Shown: positions 48,708 through 59,325, numbered from the stretch's first letter. The stretch is DNA of 64,000 nt from Myxococcota bacterium (GCA_965247115.1 CBDFGR010000003.1:1568001-1632000); one strand, 5' to 3'. Notes: generated from the letters alone by a model not told the origin. Numbers and translations are program-made.

Positions 48708-49619
48708 TCAGCCGGTGCGGACCCGACCCTCGGCCTTTCTCTGCTGCTGCAGGGCTCGTCGGGTCTGCCCTGCACGGCGGATCTTCTCCGCGTTTGCGGG
48801 ATCGACGCGCGCGTAGCGCTCCCTCCAGCTCGGGTCCTCGTCCCAGATGAAGGGTGTCTGCACGGTGGTGCGCGGCAGGATCGCGCTCTCGAGCAGATCG
48901 AGGCCCAGCCCGACGACTCGTCTCTGCATCTCCACGTCCCACGGCTTGCCGCACGGGTTGCCCAGCGGGAAGTCCGTGAAGAGGAAACGCGAAACCCCGC
49001 AGTGCTCCACGATGTCGCGAGCCGAGCCGAGGATGACGGTCGGGATGTCGTTCGCTTCGAGGTGGCGCGCGACCAGACTCACGGTCTGGTGGCAGACCGG
49101 TCAGAGTGGGACGAGCAACGCCGCGTCTACGCCGTCCTCACGGCAGCGGCGCAGAATCTCGGGCGCGTCCTCCTCAATCGTACGCCGCTGGCTGTATTCC
49201 GTGGGCGCGCCGTGGTAGCGGCTGGCAAGCTGGCCGATGCGGCCGGTGTCAACGAGCTCTTGCAGCCGGTGGATGGGAAAGTACGAGTCGAGATCCTCGG
49301 TGTGGGTGGTCTCCTTGTCCCAGGACAGGTCGTCCGTGTAGAGGCGCTCTGGTGGCGCAGCCGAGGCGCCGGAAGAGACCTCCTTTGGCGCGACGATCCC
49401 GTCATTGGTTTCTGGCTGCCTGTCAAAGGGGCTCGCCGTCGTGATCAGCGCGAGCGTGCTCTCCTTGAGAGGCTTGGACACTGGCGCGAAGGGAACGTCG
49501 TCGAAGAACGCCCACGCGTAAGGCCTGTCGTATCCCTGCGCCTGGTAGTACTCGCGCGACCGATCGATGTAGCTCACGAATGTCCGGTGTGCCCTGTCTA
49601 CCTTGGACTTCTCTATCAT
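48708..49619 (-). CDS. Glycine/sarcosine/betaine/D-proline reductase selenoprotein-B-like protein, Sec at TGA 49103-49101
   Basis: Two in-frame ORFs joined by TGA: DGVDAALLVPL-U-PVCHQTVSLVARHLE..IPTV; ALITTA and FPLGNP motifs; hairpin 3' of UGA. Confidence 0.88.
49069..49093 (-). promoter_or_regulatory. Putative bacterial SECIS element
   Basis: ACCAGAC-CGTGA-GTCTGGT stem-loop; G-containing loop starts 18 nt after the UGA. Confidence 0.6.
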
Positions 49620-49682
49620 GCGTACAGCGTACACGGATCCACGATCCTTCGCGAAGTGCAGGGAGCCGCGTTACACTGCGCC

Positions 49683-50336
49683 ATGGTTCCGGTGCACGAC
49701 CTGGAGGTCCTGCTCTTCGATCTCGGGGGTGTGATCGTCGAGCTGTCGGGACTGCCGCAGTGGACCGCGTGGACCGGGGGTCGCTGGCGCGACGAGGAGC
49801 TCTGGCGGCGCTGGCTCTGCTCACCGAGCGTGCGCGCCTTCGAATCGGGTCGCTGCACACCGGAGGATTTCGCCTCCCGGCTCGTTGCCGAGTTCGATCT
49901 GCCGCTGGAGCCTGCCGAGTTCCTTGCGGCCTTTGCGGCTTGGCCCCGAGGTCCGTACGCCGGGGCGCTCGAGCTACTGCGGCAGCTGCAGAGCCGACCC
50001 TTTCGACTCGCCTGCTTCTCGAACACCAACTCGCTGCACTGGCCGCGCTTCCTCGACGAGATGGAGCTGCGACACCACTTCGACGCGCACTTCGCCTCGC
50101 ACGAGCTCGGCGTGCTCAAGCCCGACGTCGAGGCGTTTCGCGAGGTGGCGCGCCGCCTCGGCTGCTCGCCCCGCGCCATTCTCTTCCTGGACGATAACGA
50201 GCTGAACGTGGACGGGGCTCGACGCGCCGGGCTGCGCGCCGAGTGCGTCTCCGGCGTGGAGGGCGCGCGGCAGCGCCTCTATCAGCTGGGCCTTCTCAGC
50301 GGGGAGGCCGAACCATCCTCGATCCCCACCAGGTAG
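49683..50336 (+). CDS. HAD-family phosphatase
   Basis: FDLGGV, FSNTN, KPD, FLDD. Confidence 0.9.
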   Translation: MVPVHDLEVLLFDLGGVIVELSGLPQWTAWTGGRWRDEELWRRWLCSPSVRAFESGRCTPEDFASRLVAEFDLPLEPAEFLAAFAAWPRGPYAGALELLRQLQSRPFRLACFSNTNSLHWPRFLDEMELRHHFDAHFASHELGVLKPDVEAFREVARRLGCSPRAILFLDDNELNVDGARRAGLRAECVSGVEGARQRLYQLGLLSGEAEPSSIPTR

Positions 50337-51088
50337 GTGGCGGGCAGCGCCGGGATGCCGAGCGAGACCTGACCGATTTCCCAGCAGTAGTCCGGGGCGT
50401 CGATCGCATCTGCCAGGGCGCGGAGCTCGTCTAGCGTGTACGCGCGCAGGCAGGACACGACTCCGTCCCATACGACGACGAGCGGGATCACCGGGATCAG
50501 GTAGGTGAGCGGCAACCAGCGCCAGTCAAAGGGGCGCAGAAACGGGACGAGGAGAAGCACCAGTAGAGGGGTCATCAGGATCAGGAGGATCGCGAGCGGA
50601 TGACGTCGGACAATCTCGCACGCGACGATAGGCTCCCGCGCAAGCACCGCGTCAGCGAGCACCGCGCGCGCGTCCTCTGGACAGAAGTGGTGCAGACCGT
50701 TGAAGAGCGTGCGGAGCCCGGCCAGTCGGCGAGGAACGGCTCGAGCGTCGACGGGATCCGCCACGAACTCGATTCGGTCGGCCGAGAGACGAGCAACCCC
50801 CTCCAGTGCGGGGCAGTTCGGATACAGGTCCGTCAGGCAGATGCGAACGTCGAGCCCTTCCGCTTCTAAGTCAGGGACCATGGCGACGAGTGAGCCGCCG
50901 CCACCCGAGCAGAGGTCGACAATGCGTCTTGCACCACTCCTCCGGAGCGCGTCGCGGAGCACGGGCAGCAGCCGGCGCGGCTGGCCGGTGAGCCGGGCGA
51001 CGAGCCTGAGATAGCCGGTTGCCGCATCGCGGACGACGCGCGGAAGCCACGCTTGATCCTCGAGCTCGAACAGGTGGATGCGTCTCAT
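50282..51088 (-). CDS. SAM-dependent methyltransferase-like protein
   Basis: IVDLCSGGGG, TDLYP, VDAR, HHF. Confidence 0.75.
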   Translation of the reverse strand: MRRIHLFELEDQAWLPRVVRDAATGYLRLVARLTGQPRRLLPVLRDALRRSGARRIVDLCSGGGGSLVAMVPDLEAEGLDVRICLTDLYPNCPALEGVARLSADRIEFVADPVDARAVPRRLAGLRTLFNGLHHFCPEDARAVLADAVLAREPIVACEIVRRHPLAILLILMTPLLVLLLVPFLRPFDWRWLPLTYLIPVIPLVVVWDGVVSCLRAYTLDELRALADAIDAPDYCWEIGQVSLGIPALPATYLVGIEDGSASPLRRPS

Positions 51089-51105
51089 CGGCGCGCTGAG
51101 CGGGG

Positions 51106-52530
51106 CTAGGGCGCAAGCACCTCGGCGGCCGCGGTCTCGACCGCCGTCCCCTTGAAGAAGTCGGGGTTGGCCTCGCCCCAGAAGCGAACCGGGTTTGCAA
51201 AGGTGAAGTCGCGGAAGTCGCTCTCGCTGATGAGCCCGTGTTCCACGAGCTCGTGGGCCTCAGGCACCACGTGCGCCATGTCGGCCACGTCGAAGTGTCC
51301 GATGTCCGAGCCGAAGAGCGCGTTCAGACGCGCACCGCCGGGGTTCTGCTTCTGGTTGAAGGCCGACGCGTTCATCGGGTCGTCCGCCTCGCAGCCAAAG
51401 TAGAAGCGCTCGACGAAGAGCTCTCGGATGTCGTCGCGGGTTTTGATCTCACACGCGGAGTAGTCGTCGAGACTGTCAATGCGGCCGACCGTCTCCGGTC
51501 CTACGGAGCGACCGATCCCCTTCCCCTGTCGCAGCGCTTGCACGACGCGGTCATCCCCATGTTTCTCCGCGAGCTTCGTGAGCAGCTCTTTGTCGAGGTT
51601 GTCAGGATTGACTTCCTCGAGCCCACGGAGGCCGCGCACCTCCCAGTGACCGACGAGATCCGCGTACAGCTGGCACGCCCAGCCGACGCCGCCTTCGAGA
51701 AACGCAAAGTTCAGCGTCGGAAAGCGCCGCGAGACGCCGCCGAGAAAGAGCGCCTTGCAGACCGCTTCGCTGGCCGCCGCGAAGTGGCCGATGTGGTTGT
51801 AGACGAAGTTCGAAGGCGAGATGCGCAGCGCGAGCCCCCGCGAGCCGCGGTGGAACGTGGGTGACAGGCGGAGCTCCGCGCACTTCGCCCAGACAGGATC
51901 GTAATCGTGGTCGCTATCCAGCCCGAGCATGTCGAAGCGCTCTCCCGAGTCTTCCTGCGGCGGCCGCTGGATCATGCTCCCGAGCATCACGACCTTGAGC
52001 TCGAGCTCGCGGGTCACGTACTCCAGCTCCTCGAGAGCTTCTTCCGGAGTGTGCATAGGGATCACGGCGGAAGGCGTCATGCGGTCCGAGTAGGCCTGGA
52101 AGTGCTCGGCAGTCAGGACGTTGAAGGCCCGGCACGTCGCCCTGCGTACGTCCGACTCCGCGATGCGCGGAAGCGAGAGCCCTGCCGTCGGGTAGAGCAC
52201 CGCGAAGTCGAGACCGAGCTCGTCGAGTCGCTCGTAGAGCAGGCCCGGCAGCATCGCGGTAGCGCGATCGATGGTGTTCCTGGTGGGCGCGCCCCAGAAA
52301 GCCTCCTGGGCGATCTGCCGCTTTCTTCGCTCGTCGACGGACATGGCGAGCGCCTCGCGCACCCGGTGTCCTCGCTCGAAAAAACCCTGGAACGCCAGGT
52401 CCCCGCCGATCCGCCTCATCTCCTCGCCGACCACTGGCCCGAACTCGAGCCAGTGTCCGTCCGCATCGATGACGGGATGGTCGAGACGAGAGCGCAGCTT
52501 CGCCGCGGCCGATTCGGTGCTTGTAGCCAT
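51106..52530 (-). CDS. Amidohydrolase-2 family protein
   Basis: IDADGH, AVLYPT, FLEGGVGW, GSDIGH; GGAGG RBS. Confidence 0.85.
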   Translation of the reverse strand: MATSTESAAAKLRSRLDHPVIDADGHWLEFGPVVGEEMRRIGGDLAFQGFFERGHRVREALAMSVDERRKRQIAQEAFWGAPTRNTIDRATAMLPGLLYERLDELGLDFAVLYPTAGLSLPRIAESDVRRATCRAFNVLTAEHFQAYSDRMTPSAVIPMHTPEEALEELEYVTRELELKVVMLGSMIQRPPQEDSGERFDMLGLDSDHDYDPVWAKCAELRLSPTFHRGSRGLALRISPSNFVYNHIGHFAAASEAVCKALFLGGVSRRFPTLNFAFLEGGVGWACQLYADLVGHWEVRGLRGLEEVNPDNLDKELLTKLAEKHGDDRVVQALRQGKGIGRSVGPETVGRIDSLDDYSACEIKTRDDIRELFVERFYFGCEADDPMNASAFNQKQNPGGARLNALFGSDIGHFDVADMAHVVPEAHELVEHGLISESDFRDFTFANPVRFWGEANPDFFKGTAVETAAAEVLAP

Positions 52531-52684
52531 CAGGACCTCCGTCTGAAGTGCCATGCCATCATACTCAGGGCCGGGTCGAATCGTTGCTGCGCTTTTGGAG
52601 TAAGCTCTGGCCGCCTGGAGGTGCGGTCCTATCGCGGCGAGTGGTCTCGGCGGTCGGAAGTGGAACTCCCAGGGCTACCTCTTC

Positions 52685-54694
52685 ATGGTGGGGATGGCCG
52701 TCCTCCTCGGACTGGCCGGCGCGGCCGGCGCCGTCGTCTTTCGGCTGTCGATCCGTCTGCTCCAGGCCACGTTCTTTGGTGGCGCCGAGGGGCTGGCCGA
52801 GCTGGCCTCGGAGGGTCTCTTCGTGGATCCTCGCGATCCGCTCGAGCGGGCGCGCGAGCTCGGGGCGGTCGCGCGTCTGGCAATCCCTGCCTGCGGCGGT
52901 CTGATCGTCGGCGTCCTCGTCTACTTCTTCGTGCGCGAGGCACGCGGGCCCGGTGTGCCCGAGGTGATGGAAGCTGTCGCGCTACACGGCGGTGTGATCC
53001 GCCGCCGCGTGGTGGGCCTCAAGACGCTGGTCTCGGCCATCTCGATCGGCTCCGGAGGCTCGGTGGGACGGGAGGGACCGATCGTTCAGATCGGCTCGGC
53101 AGCGGCTTCGTGGATTGGACAGCTGCTCCGGGTCTCGCCTCGCCAGCTCCGCACGATGGTGGGCTGCGGCGCGGCCGCGGGGATCTCCGCCACGTTCAAT
53201 GCGCCGATCGCGGGGGCTCTGTTCGCGGTCGAGATCATCATCGGGGATTTCGCTGTCGCGCAGTTCAGCCCGATCGTGATCTCTTCGGTCGTCGCGACGG
53301 TTGCCTCGCGTTTCTTTCTGGGCAATCAGCCGGCGTTCCAGGTCCCGGCCTACGAGCTCGTGAGCCCCCAGGAGCTGCTTGCCTACATGGTCCTCGGTGT
53401 GGCTGCAGGACTGGTGGCCTGGGCCTTCATCCGTTCGGTGCGAGCCAGCGAGAATCTGTTTGACGCCATCCCGATCCCTGACTATCTGAAGCCCGGTGTT
53501 GGGGGGCTGGGAGTCGGGCTCATTGCCCTGGTCCTGCCGGAGGTCTACGGCGTGGGCTACGACACGGTGGGGAACGCGCTGACGGGCCAGCTTCCCCTGG
53601 TCATGCTGGGAGCGCTGCTGATCGCGAAGCTCCTGGCGACTTCGCTGACGATCGGGTCGGGTGGATCGGGAGGGATCTTCGGTCCCTCTCTGTTCCTCGG
53701 CGCTACGATCGGAGGCCTGCTCGGCGGGATCGTTCATCAGCTCTTCCCAGGGGCGACCGCCGCATCCGGCGCGTACGCCCTGGTGGCGATGGGCGCGGTC
53801 GTCGCGGCCTCCACGCACGGGCCGATCACCGCGATCATCATGATCTTCGAGATGACCCAGACCATCGAGATCATCCCACCGCTGATGGCCGCCTGTGTCA
53901 TCAGCACGCTCGTCGCGACCTTCCTGGATCGGGACTCGATCTACACGCAGAAGCTGAGACGGCGGGGCGTCGACCTGGCGACGGATGACGACCCGAACGT
54001 TCTCAAGGGCCTGTACGTGCGCGACGTCGTCAATCGGGAGCCCGAGGTCGTTCCCGCCTCGGCCAGCTTCGCAACCGTGATGGAGCTCATCGTCGAGAGC
54101 GAGCATGGCGAGTTCTTCGTCGAGAACGATCGCGGCGAGTTCGTGGGTGCCATCTACCTGCGACAGGTGCGCCGCCTGCTCAAGGAGCAGGAGCAGCTGC
54201 GCAAGATCGTGGTTGCCGGGGACATGGTCGAGGAGCGTGTCAGCGTGACCGAGGACGACACCCTCGACACCGCCATGCGCATCTTCAGCCGCGGCGTCGC
54301 CACCGAGATCGCCGTCGTCGACGCGGCGAACCCCCAGCGTCTGGTGGGATCGATCCACCAACGCGACGCGATCATGGCGTACAACGAGGAATCGCTGCGC
54401 CGGGATCTTGTGGGCGGCGTGTCGAACCGGATCTCCATCGCGGGCAGCGAGCGTCGCGTCGACCTGGGAGGTGGCTACGTGCTCGAGGAGAGGCTCGCGC
54501 CCGCGAAGTTCGCCGGGAAGACGCTGCGCGAGCTCGATCTCCGCAATCGAGGCGGTGTTCAGGTCCTGCTCATTCGCAGCGGAGACGAGAGACGCGGTAT
54601 CCGGGTGCCCGGTCCCGACGACCGCATCGAGCACGAGGATCACCTGGTGGTAGCGGGACCGCGTCCTGAGGTCGAGAATCTGGAGCGACTCTAG
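52685..54694 (+). CDS. ClC chloride channel/antiporter with CBS pair and TrkA-C domain
   Basis: GPGVPE, GREGP, FNAPIAG, GGIFGP; C-terminal GKTLRELDLR; start may lie upstream. Confidence 0.92.
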   Translation: MVGMAVLLGLAGAAGAVVFRLSIRLLQATFFGGAEGLAELASEGLFVDPRDPLERARELGAVARLAIPACGGLIVGVLVYFFVREARGPGVPEVMEAVALHGGVIRRRVVGLKTLVSAISIGSGGSVGREGPIVQIGSAAASWIGQLLRVSPRQLRTMVGCGAAAGISATFNAPIAGALFAVEIIIGDFAVAQFSPIVISSVVATVASRFFLGNQPAFQVPAYELVSPQELLAYMVLGVAAGLVAWAFIRSVRASENLFDAIPIPDYLKPGVGGLGVGLIALVLPEVYGVGYDTVGNALTGQLPLVMLGALLIAKLLATSLTIGSGGSGGIFGPSLFLGATIGGLLGGIVHQLFPGATAASGAYALVAMGAVVAASTHGPITAIIMIFEMTQTIEIIPPLMAACVISTLVATFLDRDSIYTQKLRRRGVDLATDDDPNVLKGLYVRDVVNREPEVVPASASFATVMELIVESEHGEFFVENDRGEFVGAIYLRQVRRLLKEQEQLRKIVVAGDMVEERVSVTEDDTLDTAMRIFSRGVATEIAVVDAANPQRLVGSIHQRDAIMAYNEESLRRDLVGGVSNRISIAGSERRVDLGGGYVLEERLAPAKFAGKTLRELDLRNRGGVQVLLIRSGDERRGIRVPGPDDRIEHEDHLVVAGPRPEVENLERL

Positions 54695-54763
54695 GTTCCC
54701 TCGACGACAAGCTCGCCGAGCGAGCTGGCTCGAACGCAGCTCCCGGTCGCTATAGTAAGACGT

Positions 54764-55903
54764 GTGCCGGGGGCGCTTCTCGAGACGGTCGAGCGGATCC
54801 ATGCCTCGAGCTGGCGTGCCGTGTTGGCCATCACGGGAGGCGGAGCTGGCGCGATCGCGCAGCTGCTCTCGGTGCCGGGCGCCTCGCGCACCGTGCTCGA
54901 GGCTGTCGTTCCTTACGGATCAGAAGCGCTGGCCGATCTGCTGGGCGCTGCTCCGGAGCAGGCTTGCAGCGTCGAGACGGCTCTCGACATGGCGCGACGC
55001 GCGCATGCTCGCGCGCGTGCCCTCGAGCCGGGAAACGACTCGCTGATCGGCCTGGCGGTGACATCGAGTCTCGCCAGCGACCGGCCAAAGAGGGGCGATC
55101 ATCGCTGCCACGTGGCGGTCGCCGCCCCTTCGGGAGTCGAGCGCTGGTCTATCACCCTGAAAAAGGGGGCTCGGGATCGGGCCGCCGAGGAGGAGCTCGT
55201 CGCGAGCGTCGCGATCTCGGTGTTAGCAATGGCATGTGGAGTCCGAGGATCCGAGCTCGAGTCGCTGCTCGGCCCGAGCGACGAGCTCAGCGACCACCCG
55301 CCGGCGGAGCTCCGCGACCCGATCACCGAGCTCGTCGCCGGAGAGCTCGATCGTGTCACCCTGCGTGCCGACGGAAGCTGGGTGGACGAGCGGCCGCCTC
55401 CGCGGGGCGTGCTCGCGGGGTCGTTCAACCCGCTGCACGATGGACACCGGGAGCTCGCGCGCGTGGCCGAAGAAATCGTCGGAGTACCGAGCGCCTTCGA
55501 GCTCTCGGTCACGAACGTCGACAAGCCGGGCCTGTCTGTCAGCGAGGTGCGCCGGCGGGTTCCTCAGTTCGCGGACGAGGGTGTGCTGGAGCTCACCCGA
55601 GGCGCGACGTTTCGAGAGAAGGCTCGTCTCCTGCCGGGAGCCACGTTCGTGGTCGGTGCAGACACTGCTCTGCGAGTGGTCGATGCCCGCTACTACGATG
55701 ACAGCGAGTGGGCGATGCTCGCAGCCCTGGAGGAGATCGTGCGGCGAGACTGCCGATTCCTCGTCGCTGGCCGCGTCGCCGCGAACGGTCAATTCCAGAC
55801 CCTGAGCGACATCGCCGTGCCGCATCAGTTCCCTGAGCTCTTCGCCGAGATCCCGGAGTCCCGCTTCCGCGCCGACATTGCCTCTACCCACCTGCGCACC
55901 TGA
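54764..55903 (+). CDS. CinA/PncC-like domain fused to HxGH nucleotidyltransferase (NadD-like)
   Basis: ITGGG, VPGASRTV..VPY, ETALDMA; GSFNPLHDGH, VVGADT, DIAST. Confidence 0.75.
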   Translation: MPGALLETVERIHASSWRAVLAITGGGAGAIAQLLSVPGASRTVLEAVVPYGSEALADLLGAAPEQACSVETALDMARRAHARARALEPGNDSLIGLAVTSSLASDRPKRGDHRCHVAVAAPSGVERWSITLKKGARDRAAEEELVASVAISVLAMACGVRGSELESLLGPSDELSDHPPAELRDPITELVAGELDRVTLRADGSWVDERPPPRGVLAGSFNPLHDGHRELARVAEEIVGVPSAFELSVTNVDKPGLSVSEVRRRVPQFADEGVLELTRGATFREKARLLPGATFVVGADTALRVVDARYYDDSEWAMLAALEEIVRRDCRFLVAGRVAANGQFQTLSDIAVPHQFPELFAEIPESRFRADIASTHLRT

Positions 55904-55946
55904 ACGTACTTGCAAGCCCCGGGTGCTTGGAGTCCAATGGGCTGCG

Positions 55947-56177
55947 ATGAAGCGCAGTCCCAGGTCGAAGACGGCCCCCCGCCCGCGTCGGCGGGGAGGA
56001 GAGAGATCTCCCCGTCGCGTGCCGCCCGACCACTCCCGGCAAGCACGAGCAGCGCTTCTCAGAGCGGACTTTCGCGGGCCCGAGCGGCGCACACGTCGTC
56101 GCTCTAGGTCCGCCTGGATCCTACTCCTTGCAATCGGCTGGGTCGCCACAGGCTTGGCGCTCGCCTTGCTGGGATGA
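55947..56177 (+). CDS. Small basic protein with C-terminal TM helix
   Basis: Arg-rich N-terminus then AWILLLAIGWVATGLALALLG; fills the gap between two + strand genes. Confidence 0.4.
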   Translation: MKRSPRSKTAPRPRRRGGERSPRRVPPDHSRQARAALLRADFRGPERRTRRRSRSAWILLLAIGWVATGLALALLG

Positions 56178-56199
56178 GCCCTGGCTGGAGGGATTGAGC

Positions 56200-57606
56200 G
56201 TGGCAGAACCAGAGATCCATGCACTGACGCTGAGCGAGCTCGCCGGCCTGTTGAAGGCGCGCGAGCTCTCTCCGGTCGAGGCGACGCAGGCTACGCTGGA
56301 TCGGATCGAGCGTCTCGAGCCGGAGCTGCACGCGTTCGCAACCGTGCTCCCAGAGGCCGCCCTGGAATCCGCCCGCCGGGCCGAGGTGGAGATCGGAAGA
56401 GGTGAGTACCGCGGAACGCTCCACGGGATTCCGGTCGCCGTAAAGGACCTGTGCGCGATCAAGGGTGTCCGCACGGCGAGCGGGACGCGTGTGATGTCCG
56501 ATCGCGAGCCCGATCACACGGCGGCGGTGGTGGACGGACTCGAAGGCGCCGGCGCCGTGATCCTCGGCAAGACGCAGTTGACCGAGGGCGCGTACGGCTG
56601 GCACCATCCCGACGTCACCCCGCCGGTGAATCCCTGGGGCGCGGAGTACTGGACCGGCGTGTCGTCGAGCGGCTCTGGAGTGGCGACTGCCGCCGGACTC
56701 TGCTTCGGCTCGCTGGGCAGCGACACGGGTGGCTCGATCCGCTTCCCCTCGGCGTGCTGTGGGCTTGTCGGCATCAAGCCCACCTACGGTCGTGTGAGCC
56801 GCTACGGCGTCTTCCCGCTCGCGCACACGCTGGATCACATCGGTCCGATGACGCGGAGCGTGGCGGATGCGGCCGCCATGCTGCGAGCCCTCGCGGGCGG
56901 GGACCCGAGGGACCCCACGTCGCTGCGCGATCCGGTGCCGGACTACGAGGCCGAGCTCACGGGCGGGCTCGGAGGAATCCGTCTGGGCATCGACCGCGAG
57001 TTCTGTAGTCGAGGCGTGCACCCCGAGGTGAGTGAGGTCGTGCTGTCCGCGTTGCAGAGCTTCCTCGAGCTCGGAATTGAGATGCGAGAGGTCGTCGTTC
57101 CGCCCACGCGCGCGCTGATGGACGGCTGGGCCAGTGTGGCCGCGGTCGAGTGCGCGATGGCCCACGCGGATACCTTCCCGAGCCGCGCTGACGACTACGG
57201 TCCCGAGCTTCGCGCTCTGATCGAGCTCGCCTCGCGCGTATCGGGCGCGGACTACGCGCGGATGGAGATCGAGCGCGCAGTCTTCAAGCGCGGGCTCGAG
57301 GATCTGTTCGACACGATCGATCTTCTCATCCTGCCCGCCCTTCCCAGCCTCCCGCCGCTCGCCGCCACGGCCATCGCCGGCAATCCGGCACAAGGAGACG
57401 GGGCAGGCAACCTGCTCCAGTTCACGGCGCCCTTCGACTTCTCGGGGAGCCCGACCCTCTCGTTGCCAGGTGGCTTTACGCAGGACGGCCTTCCTCTCGG
57501 GTTCCAGCTCGTCGGTCGCCATGTCGACGAGGCGCTGTTGTGCCGTGCGGGTCACGCGTACCAGGGGGTCACGAACTGGCACGAACGGCGCCCGCCAGCG
57601 GCGTAG
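56200..57606 (+). CDS. Amidase-signature family amidase
   Basis: LHGIPVAVKD, GVSSSGS, GSDTGGSIRFPS, DHIGPM. Confidence 0.93.
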   Translation: MAEPEIHALTLSELAGLLKARELSPVEATQATLDRIERLEPELHAFATVLPEAALESARRAEVEIGRGEYRGTLHGIPVAVKDLCAIKGVRTASGTRVMSDREPDHTAAVVDGLEGAGAVILGKTQLTEGAYGWHHPDVTPPVNPWGAEYWTGVSSSGSGVATAAGLCFGSLGSDTGGSIRFPSACCGLVGIKPTYGRVSRYGVFPLAHTLDHIGPMTRSVADAAAMLRALAGGDPRDPTSLRDPVPDYEAELTGGLGGIRLGIDREFCSRGVHPEVSEVVLSALQSFLELGIEMREVVVPPTRALMDGWASVAAVECAMAHADTFPSRADDYGPELRALIELASRVSGADYARMEIERAVFKRGLEDLFDTIDLLILPALPSLPPLAATAIAGNPAQGDGAGNLLQFTAPFDFSGSPTLSLPGGFTQDGLPLGFQLVGRHVDEALLCRAGHAYQGVTNWHERRPPAA

Positions 57607-57637
57607 AGGGTACACGCGTGGGGCAGACGAGCTGGCT

Positions 57638-57980
57638 CTAGGAGGTCTCGTCGGAGTCCGCTGCGCGACGTTGACGAAGGGCATCCGCGAGAGCGTCGCC
57701 CAGCTCCGGGGCGTTGCGCAGGTGCAGGTCTTGCTGCGGGTACGGGATCCGAATTCCCGCGGCCTCCAGGGCTTCTCCGGTCGCAACACCGAGGTCGCTC
57801 ATGACCGCGAGAAAGCCGCGCTCGCTCTCGGTCCACGCGCGCAGCTCGAAGTCGAGCGCGCTCTCTCCGAAGCCCCGGAAAAGCGCTTCTGGTGCGGGTT
57901 CGTCCAGCACCTCTGGATTCCCGCGGGCTAGCTGCTCGAGGAGCTCGATCACTTGCCTGGGCTTGGTTCCGTACGCTGCT
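57638..57980 (-). pseudogene. C-terminal remnant of MscS mechanosensitive channel
   Basis: AYGT, P.P..F.GFGESALDFELRAW, GIRIPYPQQDLHL; TM and MscS core missing. Confidence 0.8.
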
Positions 57981-58946
57981 CGCGTGCTGGAGAGCCTTCA
58001 CTTCGTAGAGGGGCGCGCTGTCGAGAAGGACCACCTGCTGTACAACATCGATCCGCGCCCTTTCGAGTCGAAGGTGGTGGAGGCCAGGGGCCGCCTCGCG
58101 GAGGCGCAGACCATGCTCGCCAAGGCGCGGGCAGATCTCGATCGGATCCGGCCATTGGCGGAGATGCGGGCGGTCAGCCAGCAGGACCTCGATGCTGCGG
58201 TTGCGCAGTATGAAGCGGCCATTGGAGCCGCGCAGGCCTCGGAGGCACAGCTCGAGCAAGCCGACATCGAGCTCGGCTACACGCGCATTCACTCACCCAT
58301 TGATGGGCGCATCGGCCTGACCCAGGCAAAGGTCGGCGAGTTCGTGGGCCGGTCCCCGAACCCGGTGGTTCTCAACTTCGTATCCCAGACTGACCCGATC
58401 CGGATCCGTTTCGCAATCGATGAGCGGCGCTACCTGCGGTTTGCACGTCAGCTCCGGGACGTTACGGATGAGGGGGTGCCCGCAGGGGTAGGGCTGGAGC
58501 TGATCCTGGCCGATGGGGTCCTGCACGAGTACGTTGGCAACATTGTCGGAGCGGACGCGGCGGTCAACCCGACGACCGGGACCTTCACTCTGGAGGCGGA
58601 CTTCCCGAATCCCGATAACATCGTGGTGGCGGGACAGTTCGCGCGCGTTCGGGCGGTGGTCGAGACGCGAAGGGACGCGCTGCTGATCCCAAAGCGCTGC
58701 GTCAGCGAGCTGCAGGGGAACTTCCGGGTCTTCGCCGTCACGCGGGATGGCCGCGTCGAGCTCCGAGAGGTGCAGCCTGGCCCGGCGATCGGAAGGCTCC
58801 AGATCATCGAGTCTGGGGTCGAGGCGGGCGAGCGCATCGCCCTGGAGGGTGCGTTGCTGAAGGACGGCATGAAGGTCACGGGAAAGCTCGCCGAGCTCGA
58901 CGAAGCGGGAGCCGTGCAGGACACATCCGACCAGACCGGAGCCTGA
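57981..58946 (+). pseudogene. RND periplasmic adaptor lacking its N-terminus
   Basis: LESLHFVEG..LYNIDPRPF, LGYTRIHSPIDGRIG, TTGT, GQFARVR; no start/RBS or signal peptide, abuts the mscS remnant. Confidence 0.78.
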
Positions 58947-59325
58947 CACTTGGCCGAATTCTTTGTTCGCCGGCCCATCGTCGCGATGGTGATCGCCATC
59001 GTCATCGTCATCGTGGGTCTGGTGGCGCTGGGTAGCCTCCCAGTTGCCCAGTACCCGGAGATCACGCCGCCGATGGTTTCGGTGTCGGGAACCTACACCG
59101 GCGCGAGCGCCGTCAACGTAGAGCAGTCCGTCGCGACACCCGTTGAGCAGAAGGTCAACGGCGTCGAGGACATGATCTACATGAAGTCGATCAACTCCGG
59201 CGACGGCGTCATGACCCTCGAGGTCTCGTTCGAGGTCGGCACCGACCTGGACATGGCCAACGTGCTGACGCAGAACCGCGTGTCCGAGGCGCAGCCCAGC
59301 CTACCCGAGGAGGTCAAGCGCCTAG

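Noticed and set aside
50282..50336. 55-nt convergent overlap of HAD and methyltransferase genes
   Set aside because: Short 3' overlaps are common in GC-rich genomes
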